48,022 nucleotides of DNA from a virus (taxonomy: Duplodnaviria; Caudoviricetes), in IMG/VR virus record IMGVR_UViG_3300022917_000015, positions 1 through 48,022 of that record. One strand, 5' to 3'. Positions 1-8,758 of the stretch are shown in pieces (position 1 is the first letter of the stretch; each line of letters begins with the position of its first letter). The notes below the pieces were generated by a model. That model saw only the letters and a list, made by a program, of their open reading frames with translations, made no database searches and had not been told where the DNA came from. The position numbers and the translations under genes were made by a program.

Positions 1-127
1 GCGTCAACCCAAGTCGCTCTCGCGCAAGGCACGCAACGCGCGCGCGGTGAGCGAGGCCATACGTAGTGGTACGCGCATTGCCTACCTGGAGATGGCACGT
101 AAGCGAGGCATCTACAAAATCATGGGG
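1..127 (+). repeat. Terminal direct repeat copy 1 (circular-assembly overlap)
   Basis: Identical to 47896-48022 (gcgtcaacccaagtc...aaaatcatgggg). Confidence 0.95.
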
Positions 128-298
128 GGGCGCAAAAAGCCCAAGGTGCTCAAGCTTTACGACCTCACGCGCCCTGCTGTGCCGCTGCCCCGCAATCCCA
201 CACTTCAGCGCACATTAGCTCTCGCGCTGCTCCAGGGCCCTACCATCGGCCTCGCTGCTATCCAACGACAACTGGATCGGCAGGCCTCGCGCGGCTGA
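2..298 (+). CDS. 3' part of the ORF starting at 47477 (238 aa across the join); putative virion morphogenesis/neck protein
   Basis: Frame of ORF 47..298 is continuous with ATG 47477 through the terminal overlap. Confidence 0.75.
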   Translation, partial: RQPKSLSRKARNARAVSEAIRSGTRIAYLEMARKRGIYKIMGGRKKPKVLKLYDLTRPAVPLPRNPTLQRTLALALLQGPTIGLAAIQRQLDRQASRG

Positions 299-329
299 CC
301 TCACGAAACAGCATGATTTGTGCTGCTAC

Positions 330-428
330 GAAGTGGCTTGTTTTATGCTGAATCCGTGGGCCGACGAGTACCAGTCCCATAGTGGGACCAGTGCCGGCCC
401 AACGATTGAGCATGAAACAAGCCACTTC
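330..428. repeat. 34-bp imperfect inverted repeat with an inner 6-bp stem (~100-nt hairpin)
   Basis: 330-363 gaagtggcttgttttatgctgaatccgtgggccg vs reverse complement of 395-428 gaagtggcttgtttcatgctcaatcgttgggccg (30/34); inner gtccca/tgggac at 374-388. Confidence 0.9.
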
Positions 429-449
429 ATGAAGCCTATGCAACGTGTA

Positions 450-462
450 TAAGTGATTGATA
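450..462 (-). promoter_or_regulatory. IHF-consensus site in the cos region
   Basis: Minus strand TATCAATCACTTA matches WATCAANNNNTTR exactly; AT-rich island upstream of terS. Confidence 0.6.
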
Positions 463-473
463 TTGCTTATGTT

Positions 474-586
474 TTTACGGGTCCTGTGTAGGCAGGCCCC
501 CCCGGCCCAGGGTTCATCATTGCGACCGGCCGGCTCTCGCAAACTCCCGATTTTTCGCCAAGTGTTAACCGCGACTGTTAACCGCG
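474..586 (+). other. Putative cos site (cosQ-like GGGTCCT at 479-485; candidate terminase-binding direct repeat tgttaaccgcg at 563-573 and 576-586)
   Basis: tttacgggtcct matches the lambda cosQ context; located immediately upstream of terS in a phage with gpA-type TerL. Confidence 0.65.
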
Positions 587-599
587 GCCGCCCCGTCTG

Positions 600-1439
600 A
601 TGGTCAAACCCTCTACAGGAAAAGACAAACGCGCCGCGGCGCCCGCATCGATGCGGCCTCGGGCGCACTTGATCTCGCGGGCCGAGATGGCTCGCATGCT
701 CGGCCTCAGTCGCCCCGCGATCACCAAAGCCTGCCGCGAGGGCGGACGCCTCGCGCCGGCGTGCGACGGCAACTCGATCAACGTCTTGCACGCACAGGCA
801 CAGCGCTGGCTCGTCGAGCGCGCCGTCGCTCTCGAGCCCGAGCAGCTCGCCGCGCAGCCGGCGCCGGCGACTCCTCGCCGCGCGCCGCCCGAGCTCGACG
901 CGGAACCGCCGGCGCCGGCGGCGCGGACTCCTCGCCGCAGGCCGGCGCCGGCGCCCGCGCCTGTCGAGCTGCCGCCGATCGAGGTCGATGATGATGAGCC
1001 CGAGAACGCGCAATCGATCGAGGACCTGGAGGAGCAGCTCGGCCCGCTGCAGTGGCGGAACCTCGCCGAGCTCGCCGAGCCCCTCACCGTGCTCACCGAG
1101 CGTTACGGCGACGCCCGCGACTTCGAGGGATGGATCCGCGCGCGCAAGGCGCTCGAGGAGGCGCGCAAAGCGCAAATGATCCGCGAGCGGATCGAGGGCA
1201 GAGTCATCGCGCGCACGACGGTCGTGCGAATGTTCGAGCACATCGACACCGCGTTTCGGTTGCTGCTCTCGGATGCGCCGCGCTCGATCGCGACTCGCAT
1301 CGCGCCGCAGGACGTTGCCGCCGTGGCTGCCCTCGTGCGCGATGTGATGGGTCAACATCTGTCGGCCTGCCGCAGCAAGATCGACGTCTCGCTCGCGAAT
1401 GACGATCCGATGGCACCGCTCGCCGAGGCCGCGGAGTGA
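600..1439 (+). CDS. terS: Terminase small subunit (N-terminal HTH, Pro/Ala linker, helical C-terminus)
   Basis: HTH ISRAEMARMLGLSRPAITKACREG; Nu1-like C-terminal region; position after cos and before TerL. Confidence 0.75.
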   Translation: MVKPSTGKDKRAAAPASMRPRAHLISRAEMARMLGLSRPAITKACREGGRLAPACDGNSINVLHAQAQRWLVERAVALEPEQLAAQPAPATPRRAPPELDAEPPAPAARTPRRRPAPAPAPVELPPIEVDDDEPENAQSIEDLEEQLGPLQWRNLAELAEPLTVLTERYGDARDFEGWIRARKALEEARKAQMIRERIEGRVIARTTVVRMFEHIDTAFRLLLSDAPRSIATRIAPQDVAAVAALVRDVMGQHLSACRSKIDVSLANDDPMAPLAEAAE

Positions 1440-1831
1440 GCAGGCGCACGGGCCCGGACTACAGCTGCCGGTGCGGCTGCGGCGAGACGGAGTTTTTTCC
1501 GACATATCTGTTCTACGGACCCGAGCGCGCAACAGATCCCGGAGGCATCGGACCGTACACCGCCGACCGGCTCGAGTTCCGCGGTTACACGCTCCACAAG
1601 CGCAACCTCTGGTCGCGTCGGCTTCAGGAGTGGCACTGCCGCGAAACGAGTATCAGCGCCGCCGGGCCCGGGGATGAGCCTCTGCCGTGGGACTCGAGTG
1701 GCTGGACTGCACGGGCGGTCAATGTCGAGGGCGAGGGGTCCACCATGCGGGAGGCACTCGAGGACGCCTGGCGACTCGCCGAGAGCGAGGGCCAGCTTCA
1801 CAACCTAGGGCCGCCGGAGGTGTGGCAGTGA
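1436..1831 (+). CDS. Hypothetical protein (CxCGC motif)
   Basis: GTGA overlaps with both neighbours. Confidence 0.65.
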   Translation: MSRRTGPDYSCRCGCGETEFFPTYLFYGPERATDPGGIGPYTADRLEFRGYTLHKRNLWSRRLQEWHCRETSISAAGPGDEPLPWDSSGWTARAVNVEGEGSTMREALEDAWRLAESEGQLHNLGPPEVWQ

Positions 1832-2841
1832 TCTTCGCGGACTGGTCTGAAGCGCTCCCTTTCGCGATCAAGATCGGCAAGGCCTACGCGCGCAAGTTCC
1901 CGATCGGGCTCGACGTCGAGAGCGCGATCATGGAATCGCTGTGGCGCTCTCAGCAGCGCGGTGCCGAGTTCACGAAGGGCTATGTCTACCTCCGCACGAT
2001 CGGCGCGATCAAGGATGAGGCGCGGCGAATGGCAGAGGGCGGCCGCGGCACCTATCAGGACGTTGGCGCGTTCGTGGACGCGGACGAGCAATGGGACCTC
2101 GCAGCGGACGCCCAATTTGAGCCCGAGGATCTGGATCGGCATCGGTTGCTCGAGGCCATGCCCGCCGCTGCGGTGACCCTGGTTCGGCATCTCGCGGACG
2201 GGGATTCACAAGCGCAAATGGCGGAGCACTACCGGGTGTCGCAAGCGCGCATCAGCCAAGTGCTGACCGATCTGAAGTCTCGGCCCACGCGACCGCGCCA
2301 GTTGCCGCGGCACGTCGACTTCTATGCCGAGCTCCGGAGGTATCACCGGGAGGAAATGCGCCGGCTCTCGCGGGGCGCCGTCACCTGCCCCGAGCTGCAC
2401 AAGGCCCTCGGGGCCAGTTCGGGCTCGGCTTGGAATTGGGCGACCGGCTACGTTGGGCTACCGAGCACCCGCGCCCCATCGCTGAAGCCGAGTCCTCTCC
2501 GCGATGCCATCCGCGTGCGAGCGCTCCGCCTCGTCGGCGAGGCGTTCCGTAGCTCGGACGGGCGCTTTAAGGATGCGGCCCGGTTGCTCACGGTCAGCCC
2601 CATGACGGCCTACCGGTGGAGCCGGCTACTGCCAGCGGGCGCGATGGGCGTCGTGCCGAACCGCAGCAAACGGCGGCCCGAGTTGCCCGATGCGGCATTC
2701 GCGGCACTGCGCGCACAAGGCCTCTCGCTCCGGGCGATTGCGCGCCGGCTAGGTGTCGACAAGGCGACGGTAACGTATCGACTGAATCGCGCGCGACCCA
2801 TCCGCAAGTGCGCAGACTCGCTCGCCGAGGCCGCGGGGTGA
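1828..2841 (+). CDS. FliA/WhiG-like sigma-70 family protein with additional C-terminal HTH domains
   Basis: GGAGG RBS plus GTG 1828; region-2-like YVYLRTIGAIKDEARR; region-4-like QAQMAEHYRVSQARISQVL; Fis-like DAARLLTVSPMTAYRW; HTH SLRAIARRLGVDKATVTYRL. Confidence 0.65.
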   Translation: MIFADWSEALPFAIKIGKAYARKFPIGLDVESAIMESLWRSQQRGAEFTKGYVYLRTIGAIKDEARRMAEGGRGTYQDVGAFVDADEQWDLAADAQFEPEDLDRHRLLEAMPAAAVTLVRHLADGDSQAQMAEHYRVSQARISQVLTDLKSRPTRPRQLPRHVDFYAELRRYHREEMRRLSRGAVTCPELHKALGASSGSAWNWATGYVGLPSTRAPSLKPSPLRDAIRVRALRLVGEAFRSSDGRFKDAARLLTVSPMTAYRWSRLLPAGAMGVVPNRSKRRPELPDAAFAALRAQGLSLRAIARRLGVDKATVTYRLNRARPIRKCADSLAEAAG

Positions 2842-4820
2842 TCGCCGTCGAGAGTTTCCACCGCGAGGCCGACGCAAAGAAGTGGCGCAGCGACGTCGAG
2901 TTTCTGCGGCGGCATTGCGGCGCGCTCACCGTCGAGACGCGCGAGCTGCTGCCGTCGGAATGGTCCGAGCGCAAACGCTACCTGCCCGCGTCGAGCACCT
3001 CGATCCCCGGCTACTATCGTTTCGACGTCTCGCCCTACTGGCGCGAGATCATCGATTGCATGTCGCCCGAGAGCCCGGTGCGCCACGTCTCGATCATGAA
3101 AGGGGTGCAGGTCGGCGCGACGACGATCCTGGAGAACACGATCGGTTACTACATCGATCAGGTCAAAACCGCGCCGATGATGCTGGTGACCGCCGATGCC
3201 GAGCTCGCAAAGCTTCGCATCGAGCGCGAGGTCGTGCCCATGCTCAAACATGCGGGGCTCGATCATCTGATCAAAAGCCTCGACGAGCACAACCCCCGCA
3301 AGACGGGGCGCACCGATAAAAAGTACGAATGGGAGGGCGGCGGGTTCCTCGTGCCGCTCGGCGCGGTCAACGCAAACAAGCTGCGGTCGATCCCCATCCA
3401 GGTCCTACTCCGCGACGAGCTCGACGGGTGGGCGGACAACGTCGGCCGTGACGGCGATCCGGTCAAGCTCTCAGCGGACCGCACCGCGAGCTATGAGGCG
3501 ACGCGCAAGATCTACGACTGCTCGACGCCGCTGATCAAGGGCAGCAGCAAGATCTCGACGCTGTTCGAGGCGGGCGATCAGCGCCGCTATTTCGTGCGGT
3601 GCCTGAAGTGCGGTCACCCGCAAACCCTCCGCTGGAGCCGCACAAACAACGACACCGGGGTGATCACCGGGCTCACGTGGGAGATGAGCGAGGGCAGGCT
3701 CGTCGAGGGCTCGGCGCGGTACCTTTGCGAGCAGTGCGAGCACCCGCATCACAACAACGATAAAACCAGGATGTTCGCCCCGGGCAATGCGGAGTGGCGA
3801 CCGACGGCGGTACCGGCGACGCCGCATCATCGGAGCTACCATCTATCGGCGCTCTACTCGCCGGTGGGCATGCAAACGTGGGATGCGTGCGTGCAAAAGT
3901 GGCTCGCGGCGTGGGACGTCGAGAACAACCGACCGCGCGATAACCTCGCGCTCCAGGTGTTCTACAACAACGTCCTCGGCGAGCCGTTCGAGGTGCGCGG
4001 CGTGAAGCTGCGATTCGAGGCCGTGAGCGCGCACCGCCGGCACGGGTACAGCTACGGCGAGGTGCCGAATCGCTGGCTCGTCGAGCATTGCGGCTCGCCC
4101 CTGCTCGTCGCGACGCTCGCCGTCGATGTGCACATCGACAATCTCGCGGTCGCGGTGATCGGCTGGTGTCGCGGGCGCCGGGCAGTGCTCCTCAACTATT
4201 GGCGGTTTTATGGGGATACCGAGCAGCTCGACAACCCCGCCACGTGGGGGCGGCTGGCGGAAGTGATCGAGCAGAAAGACTACCGCGGCGACGACGGCAA
4301 AGGGTATCGCGTCCAGCTTTCGCTGATCGACTGCGGCTACTTGACGGACACCGTCTATCGTTTCTGTGGACAATACGAGGCGGGCGTGTATCCCGTGCGC
4401 GGCCGCGACTCACCGCCGCGCAATGCGCCGATGAAGGAGTTCTGGAGCTACACGACCGAGGGCGGACAGATCGCCTGGGCGGCCTCGGTGGACATGTACA
4501 AGGATCGCTGGAGCGCGTCACTACGCCGCACGTGGGACGGCCTCAGCATGCAACCCGAGGGCTATTTCAACGCGCCGATCGACGCGACCGACGAGCAGCT
4601 CAAAGAACTCACCGTTGAAACGAGGCGCGAGAAGATCGACAAGCTCACGAACCGCCGGCTCGGGTTCGAGTGGCACCGCCCGAGCGGCTCGAATAACGAG
4701 CTGTGGGATCTGCTGATCTACAACAACGTTGCTCTCGATATCGTCGCCTTTGATGTTTGCATTCAGCAAATGCAGCTCGAACAGATCGACTGGGATACGT
4801 TCTGGAGTCAACTCCAATAG
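2838..4820 (+). CDS. terL: Terminase large subunit, lambda gpA family
   Basis: PYWREI, MKGVQVGAT (Walker A), LLRDELD (Walker B), STP..KGSSKI, GDQRRYFVRC..CG, YHLSALYSP, N.VLGEP, AVDV, NELWD. Confidence 0.95.
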   Translation: MIAVESFHREADAKKWRSDVEFLRRHCGALTVETRELLPSEWSERKRYLPASSTSIPGYYRFDVSPYWREIIDCMSPESPVRHVSIMKGVQVGATTILENTIGYYIDQVKTAPMMLVTADAELAKLRIEREVVPMLKHAGLDHLIKSLDEHNPRKTGRTDKKYEWEGGGFLVPLGAVNANKLRSIPIQVLLRDELDGWADNVGRDGDPVKLSADRTASYEATRKIYDCSTPLIKGSSKISTLFEAGDQRRYFVRCLKCGHPQTLRWSRTNNDTGVITGLTWEMSEGRLVEGSARYLCEQCEHPHHNNDKTRMFAPGNAEWRPTAVPATPHHRSYHLSALYSPVGMQTWDACVQKWLAAWDVENNRPRDNLALQVFYNNVLGEPFEVRGVKLRFEAVSAHRRHGYSYGEVPNRWLVEHCGSPLLVATLAVDVHIDNLAVAVIGWCRGRRAVLLNYWRFYGDTEQLDNPATWGRLAEVIEQKDYRGDDGKGYRVQLSLIDCGYLTDTVYRFCGQYEAGVYPVRGRDSPPRNAPMKEFWSYTTEGGQIAWAASVDMYKDRWSASLRRTWDGLSMQPEGYFNAPIDATDEQLKELTVETRREKIDKLTNRRLGFEWHRPSGSNNELWDLLIYNNVALDIVAFDVCIQQMQLEQIDWDTFWSQLQ

Positions 4821-4876
4821 AGTGCCGCGACCCGAAGTGTCGCGCGTGCTCGGGACGACGCCGGCGGCGTGAGCTC

Positions 4877-4972
4877 ATGTTTGCCGGCATCGTGGGCGGC
4901 GCGGTCGCCGCGGCGCTGCTCGCGGTGTTCCTGCTCATTGTCCAAGCGATCCAAGAGATGGGTGCCCAATGA
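4877..4972 (+). CDS. Small single-TM protein (may start further upstream in ORF 4757..4972)
   Basis: Hydrophobic MFAGIVGGAVAAALLAVFLLIV; ATGA overlap with the next gene. Confidence 0.5.
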   Translation: MFAGIVGGAVAAALLAVFLLIVQAIQEMGAQ

Positions 4973-5235
4973 CCGATTGTTGTGATGATGCGACCTGGCT
5001 CGAGGAACGGATCGCCGCCAAGAAAGCGGCGATCATCAAGCTCGACACCGCGATCGATGCGGTCGCCTCGGGCGCGCAGAGTTACTCGATCGACACCGGG
5101 CAAACCCGGCAGGTCGTTACGCGCGCCAACCTCAGCGAGATCCGAAACATGGTCGCGCGCCTCGAAAGCGAGATCTCTACGTTGCAACAACGCCTCTACG
5201 GCTGCGGCCGCTTTCAAGCGAGACCCGGATGGTAA
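4969..5235 (+). CDS. Head-tail joining protein, gpW-like
   Basis: GAQSYSIDTGQTRQVVTRANLSEI motif; between TerL and portal. Confidence 0.8.
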   Translation: MTDCCDDATWLEERIAAKKAAIIKLDTAIDAVASGAQSYSIDTGQTRQVVTRANLSEIRNMVARLESEISTLQQRLYGCGRFQARPGW

Positions 5236-6902
5236 ATCACCCCTGGATCAATCGCCTCGTCGGCTGGCTCTACCCGGCGCCGGCGGCGCCGACGTTTGCG
5301 CCCGAGATGATGAGCGGCGGCGCCCAGCCGATGCGGCAGTTGTGGCACGACGGCGACAAATACCCGGGCGGGTTCGGATACACCGAGCTACTGACCGCGG
5401 ACTATTGGACGCTCCGCAAGCGGTCCGTTCAGCTGTTTAAGACGAACATTTACGCGCGCGGCATCGTGCGCCGGCTGGTCACGAACATCATCAATACGGG
5501 CCTCGCGCTCGAATCCACGCCCGAGGACGCGATCCTGGGCAAGGGCGAGGAACCTCTCGCGGCCTGGAGCGAGCTCGTCGAGAACCGCTTTCATCTGTGG
5601 GAACGCACGCCCGCTCTGTGCGACTACTGCGGCGGTAAGAGTTTCGGCTCGCTCCAGTCGGCGGCGAAAATGGCGGCGCTCATCTCGGGCGACGTCCTGG
5701 TCGTGGTGCTCCAGGATCCGGCGACGGGCCTGCCGCGCGTGCGGCTCGTCGATGCCGAGCGCGTGCAAACCCCATTCGGGGGCCAGCTGCCGCAGCTCGC
5801 GCCAGGCAACGAAATAAAGCACGGCGTCGAGCTCGATGCCGACGGGCGGCAGGTTGCCTACTGGCTCGTTTCGCAGAACATGAGTCAAGTGCGGGTCGAG
5901 CGCCTCGCGGCGCGAGGGCCCACCGGGCGGCGCCAAGCGTGGCTCGTCTATGGGACCGAGCTGCTCCTCGATGAGGTGCGCGGCGAGCCGCTGCTCTCGA
6001 TCGTGCTGCAATCGATTCGCGAGATCGATCGGTACCGAGACGCGGTGCAACGCAAGGCGACGATCAATGCGATCCTCGCGATGTTCATTCAAAAGGATCA
6101 GGAAACGATCGGCACGCGGCCGCTGATGGGCGGCGCCGTGCGCAAGGGCCGAGACGCCGTTCCGGGCGCCGCCGGCGGCGCTGCTCCGCGCACGTTCAAT
6201 TTCGCGGAGATGATCCCGGGCGCGGTGCTCGACGAGCTCGCCCCCGGCGAGAAACCGCAGGGGTTCTCGCCGACCGGCACCGATGAAAAGTTTGCCGACT
6301 TCGAAGAGGCGATCGTTTGCGCCATGGCGTGGTGCTACGAAATCCCGCCCGAGATTTTGCGGCTCTCGTTCTCCTCGAACTACAGCGCCTCGCAGGCGGC
6401 GATCAACGAGTTCAAGCTGTTTCTAAACCGCGTTCGCGTGGAATGGGGAGACTCGTTCTGTCAGCCGATCTACGTCGAGTGGTTGCTCAGCGAGGTTCTC
6501 GCGGGGCGCCTCGCCGCGACGGGCCTGATCGATGCGTGGCGCGACCCGGGCAAGTTCGATCATCTCGCGGCCTGGATGGCTGCCGACTGGAGCGGTGCAA
6601 TCAAGCCCAGCATCGATCTCAACAAACAGGCCAACGGCTACACCGCGTTGATCGAGCAGGGGTTGATCACGCGCGACCGCGCGGCGCGCGAGACGACCGG
6701 CACGAAGTACAGCAAAAACGTGCAGAAACTCGCGCGCGAGAACCTCGCCCTCGTCGCGGCGATGAAGCCGATCAAAGAGCTCGAGGCCGCAGCAAAGGCG
6801 CCGCCGGCGCCGCCGGGGGCGGGCCGCGCGCCGCTCGCGCCGGTACCGGACGACAAAGACGAAGACGACGATCCGGAGGAAAAAAATGCTTTGGTTGCTT
6901 GA
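5229..6902 (+). CDS. Portal protein, lambda family
   Basis: LRKRSVQLFKTNIYARG, GVELDADGRQVAYW, VRGEPLL, SNYSASQAA motifs. Confidence 0.93.
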   Translation: MVNHPWINRLVGWLYPAPAAPTFAPEMMSGGAQPMRQLWHDGDKYPGGFGYTELLTADYWTLRKRSVQLFKTNIYARGIVRRLVTNIINTGLALESTPEDAILGKGEEPLAAWSELVENRFHLWERTPALCDYCGGKSFGSLQSAAKMAALISGDVLVVVLQDPATGLPRVRLVDAERVQTPFGGQLPQLAPGNEIKHGVELDADGRQVAYWLVSQNMSQVRVERLAARGPTGRRQAWLVYGTELLLDEVRGEPLLSIVLQSIREIDRYRDAVQRKATINAILAMFIQKDQETIGTRPLMGGAVRKGRDAVPGAAGGAAPRTFNFAEMIPGAVLDELAPGEKPQGFSPTGTDEKFADFEEAIVCAMAWCYEIPPEILRLSFSSNYSASQAAINEFKLFLNRVRVEWGDSFCQPIYVEWLLSEVLAGRLAATGLIDAWRDPGKFDHLAAWMAADWSGAIKPSIDLNKQANGYTALIEQGLITRDRAARETTGTKYSKNVQKLARENLALVAAMKPIKELEAAAKAPPAPPGAGRAPLAPVPDDKDEDDDPEEKNALVA

Positions 6903-8052
6903 GCCCGACACACTGCGCCGACTCCAGCAGGCGCAGCAGCAATTCGCCGATCCATCGGTCATGCTCCGATGGGAGGCCGAGCAGAGCGCCGCGGCCGAGT
7001 CGCGCGACGGCCTGCCGCAGGGGTTGCAGGTTGCCGCAGGCATCGCGACGATCAGCGTCGAGGGCGTGCTCACGAAACGGCCCGACTTCTGGGCAAAGTT
7101 TTTCGGCGGCAGTAACACCACCTATTCGAGCATTCGCAACGCGCTCGCGTACGCGGCGAGCTCGGCCGACGTCGGCGAGATCGTGTTCTCCGTCGATAGC
7201 CCCGGCGGCAGCGTTGACGGCCTCGTCGAGCTGCTCGACGCGATCGCGCACGTGCGGCAGCACGGCGGCAAACCCATGCGCGCGGTCGCCGACAACGCGC
7301 AATCGGCGGCGTACGGCATCGCTGCGGCCGTCGGCAAGATCGAGGCGCGAGGGCGCGGCGGGACGTTCGGCAGCATCGGCACCGCGGTATCGATCTATGT
7401 GCCGAGCAATGTCGTCACGTTGACGAATACCGATAGTCCAGACAAGCGCCCGGACCTCACCACCGAGGCGGGCAAGGCCGTCGTGGTCAAATACCTCGAT
7501 CAGGTCAATCACGAATTCGTGACCGCGATCGCGCAAGGCCGCGGCGTCGCACTCTCGAGCGTGACCGACGGCTACGGCCGCGGTGCCTCAATGACGGCGG
7601 CCGAGGCCAAGCGCCTCGGCCTGATCGACAGCATCGCAACGACGGCGCCGCGCGCGGTGCCTAGTAGCAACAAAGGAAAAAAAGCAGTGGCAAATCAGGA
7701 TCCAGAATCGGAAAGCCGCGCGGCGCAGGATGCGGCCGTAGCTCGCGGCGTCGCCCAGGAACGCGATCGCGTCCTCGGGCACCTCACCATGGGCGAGAGC
7801 TCGGGCGACATGGCGATCGCGCTCGACGCGATCCGCTCGGGCGCCGGCATGACCGTCGAGCTCCAGGCGCGCTACATGAGCGCGGGCATGAACCGGGCGG
7901 ACCGCGGCAAGCGGCAGACCGAGAGCAACACCGCGGAGGTCCAGCTTGCTGGCGTCGCCGCCGCATCACCCGTAACCACTGCCGACCTGGGCGATCAGGT
8001 CGTTGCCGTTCTGCAATCGCAGAGCGGAGAAAAGAGCTGGGTCCGTGGCTAA
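6886..8052 (+). CDS. Prohead protease (S49 family) with scaffold-like C-terminus
   Basis: VDSPGGSVDG, SAAYGIA, GSIG, AKRLGLIDSI. Confidence 0.9.
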   Translation: MLWLLEPDTLRRLQQAQQQFADPSVMLRWEAEQSAAAESRDGLPQGLQVAAGIATISVEGVLTKRPDFWAKFFGGSNTTYSSIRNALAYAASSADVGEIVFSVDSPGGSVDGLVELLDAIAHVRQHGGKPMRAVADNAQSAAYGIAAAVGKIEARGRGGTFGSIGTAVSIYVPSNVVTLTNTDSPDKRPDLTTEAGKAVVVKYLDQVNHEFVTAIAQGRGVALSSVTDGYGRGASMTAAEAKRLGLIDSIATTAPRAVPSSNKGKKAVANQDPESESRAAQDAAVARGVAQERDRVLGHLTMGESSGDMAIALDAIRSGAGMTVELQARYMSAGMNRADRGKRQTESNTAEVQLAGVAAASPVTTADLGDQVVAVLQSQSGEKSWVRG

Positions 8053-8701
8053 TATCACTACTACCAACATTGATCTCGGGCGCGTGGCGCTCGAGGTGTG
8101 GGGCTCCCTCGCGGCGCTTCTGACCAACGTCGAGGTGACCGACCAGAGTTACCTCGAGGGAACCTTGCTCACGCGCAGCGCCGCGACCGGCAAGCTCGTC
8201 CCGTTCGTCGCGTCGGCGGTCGACACGATCGTCGAGGTCACGGTCGACTTCGCCGACGTGCCCACGCTCGAGGCCATCGATCAGGCGGTGGTCGTGCCCG
8301 GCGCCCTCGTCGGCGACATCGTCTCGATCGAGCCGCTCGGAACGTGGCCCGTCGGTCTGTCGCTGCCGCAAGGCCGCGTGCTCGTCGCCGGCACGGTGCA
8401 AGTGCGCGTTGCCAACGTCACCGCGGGCAACATCAATCCAGGATCGCAGTCGTTCCGGTTCTCGCTACAACATGATCTCGGCGCGCCTGAATACGTGCTC
8501 ACCTATCCGGTGACGGTCGCCGCATCGAGTGACGGCGCGGTGACCGTGCTGTCAGCCGGCAAGGTCAATCAGCGGCTACTCAAGGTGCACGGCGCGCCGC
8601 CCACCGCGGCGACCGCCGATCAGATCCATGCGTTGCTCAATCGTCCGATTATCCCGGTCGACGGCACGCAACTCGCCAAGATCGACAACCCGCAGGCCTG
8701 A
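8045..8701 (+). CDS. Head decoration protein (gpD-like) with an inserted beta-rich domain
   Basis: Between protease and capsid; GTLLTRSAATGKLVPF...P.YVL pattern split by a ~85-aa insert. Confidence 0.7.
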   Translation: MANITTTNIDLGRVALEVWGSLAALLTNVEVTDQSYLEGTLLTRSAATGKLVPFVASAVDTIVEVTVDFADVPTLEAIDQAVVVPGALVGDIVSIEPLGTWPVGLSLPQGRVLVAGTVQVRVANVTAGNINPGSQSFRFSLQHDLGAPEYVLTYPVTVAASSDGAVTVLSAGKVNQRLLKVHGAPPTAATADQIHALLNRPIIPVDGTQLAKIDNPQA

Positions 8702-8758
8702 TCGCGCTCAGCGCCTCACCACGCCCCCACCCCACCCCTACGCACTGAGCTAACCCCA

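Noticed and set aside
1-127. Terminal repeat as biological direct terminal repeats
   Set aside because: 127 bp equals a common assembler k-mer length, it falls mid-gene, and a cos-like site with a gpA-type terminase lies elsewhere
124-130. G7 run as a phase-variable tract
   Set aside because: Short, encodes Met-Gly-Gly in frame, and is unremarkable at this GC content
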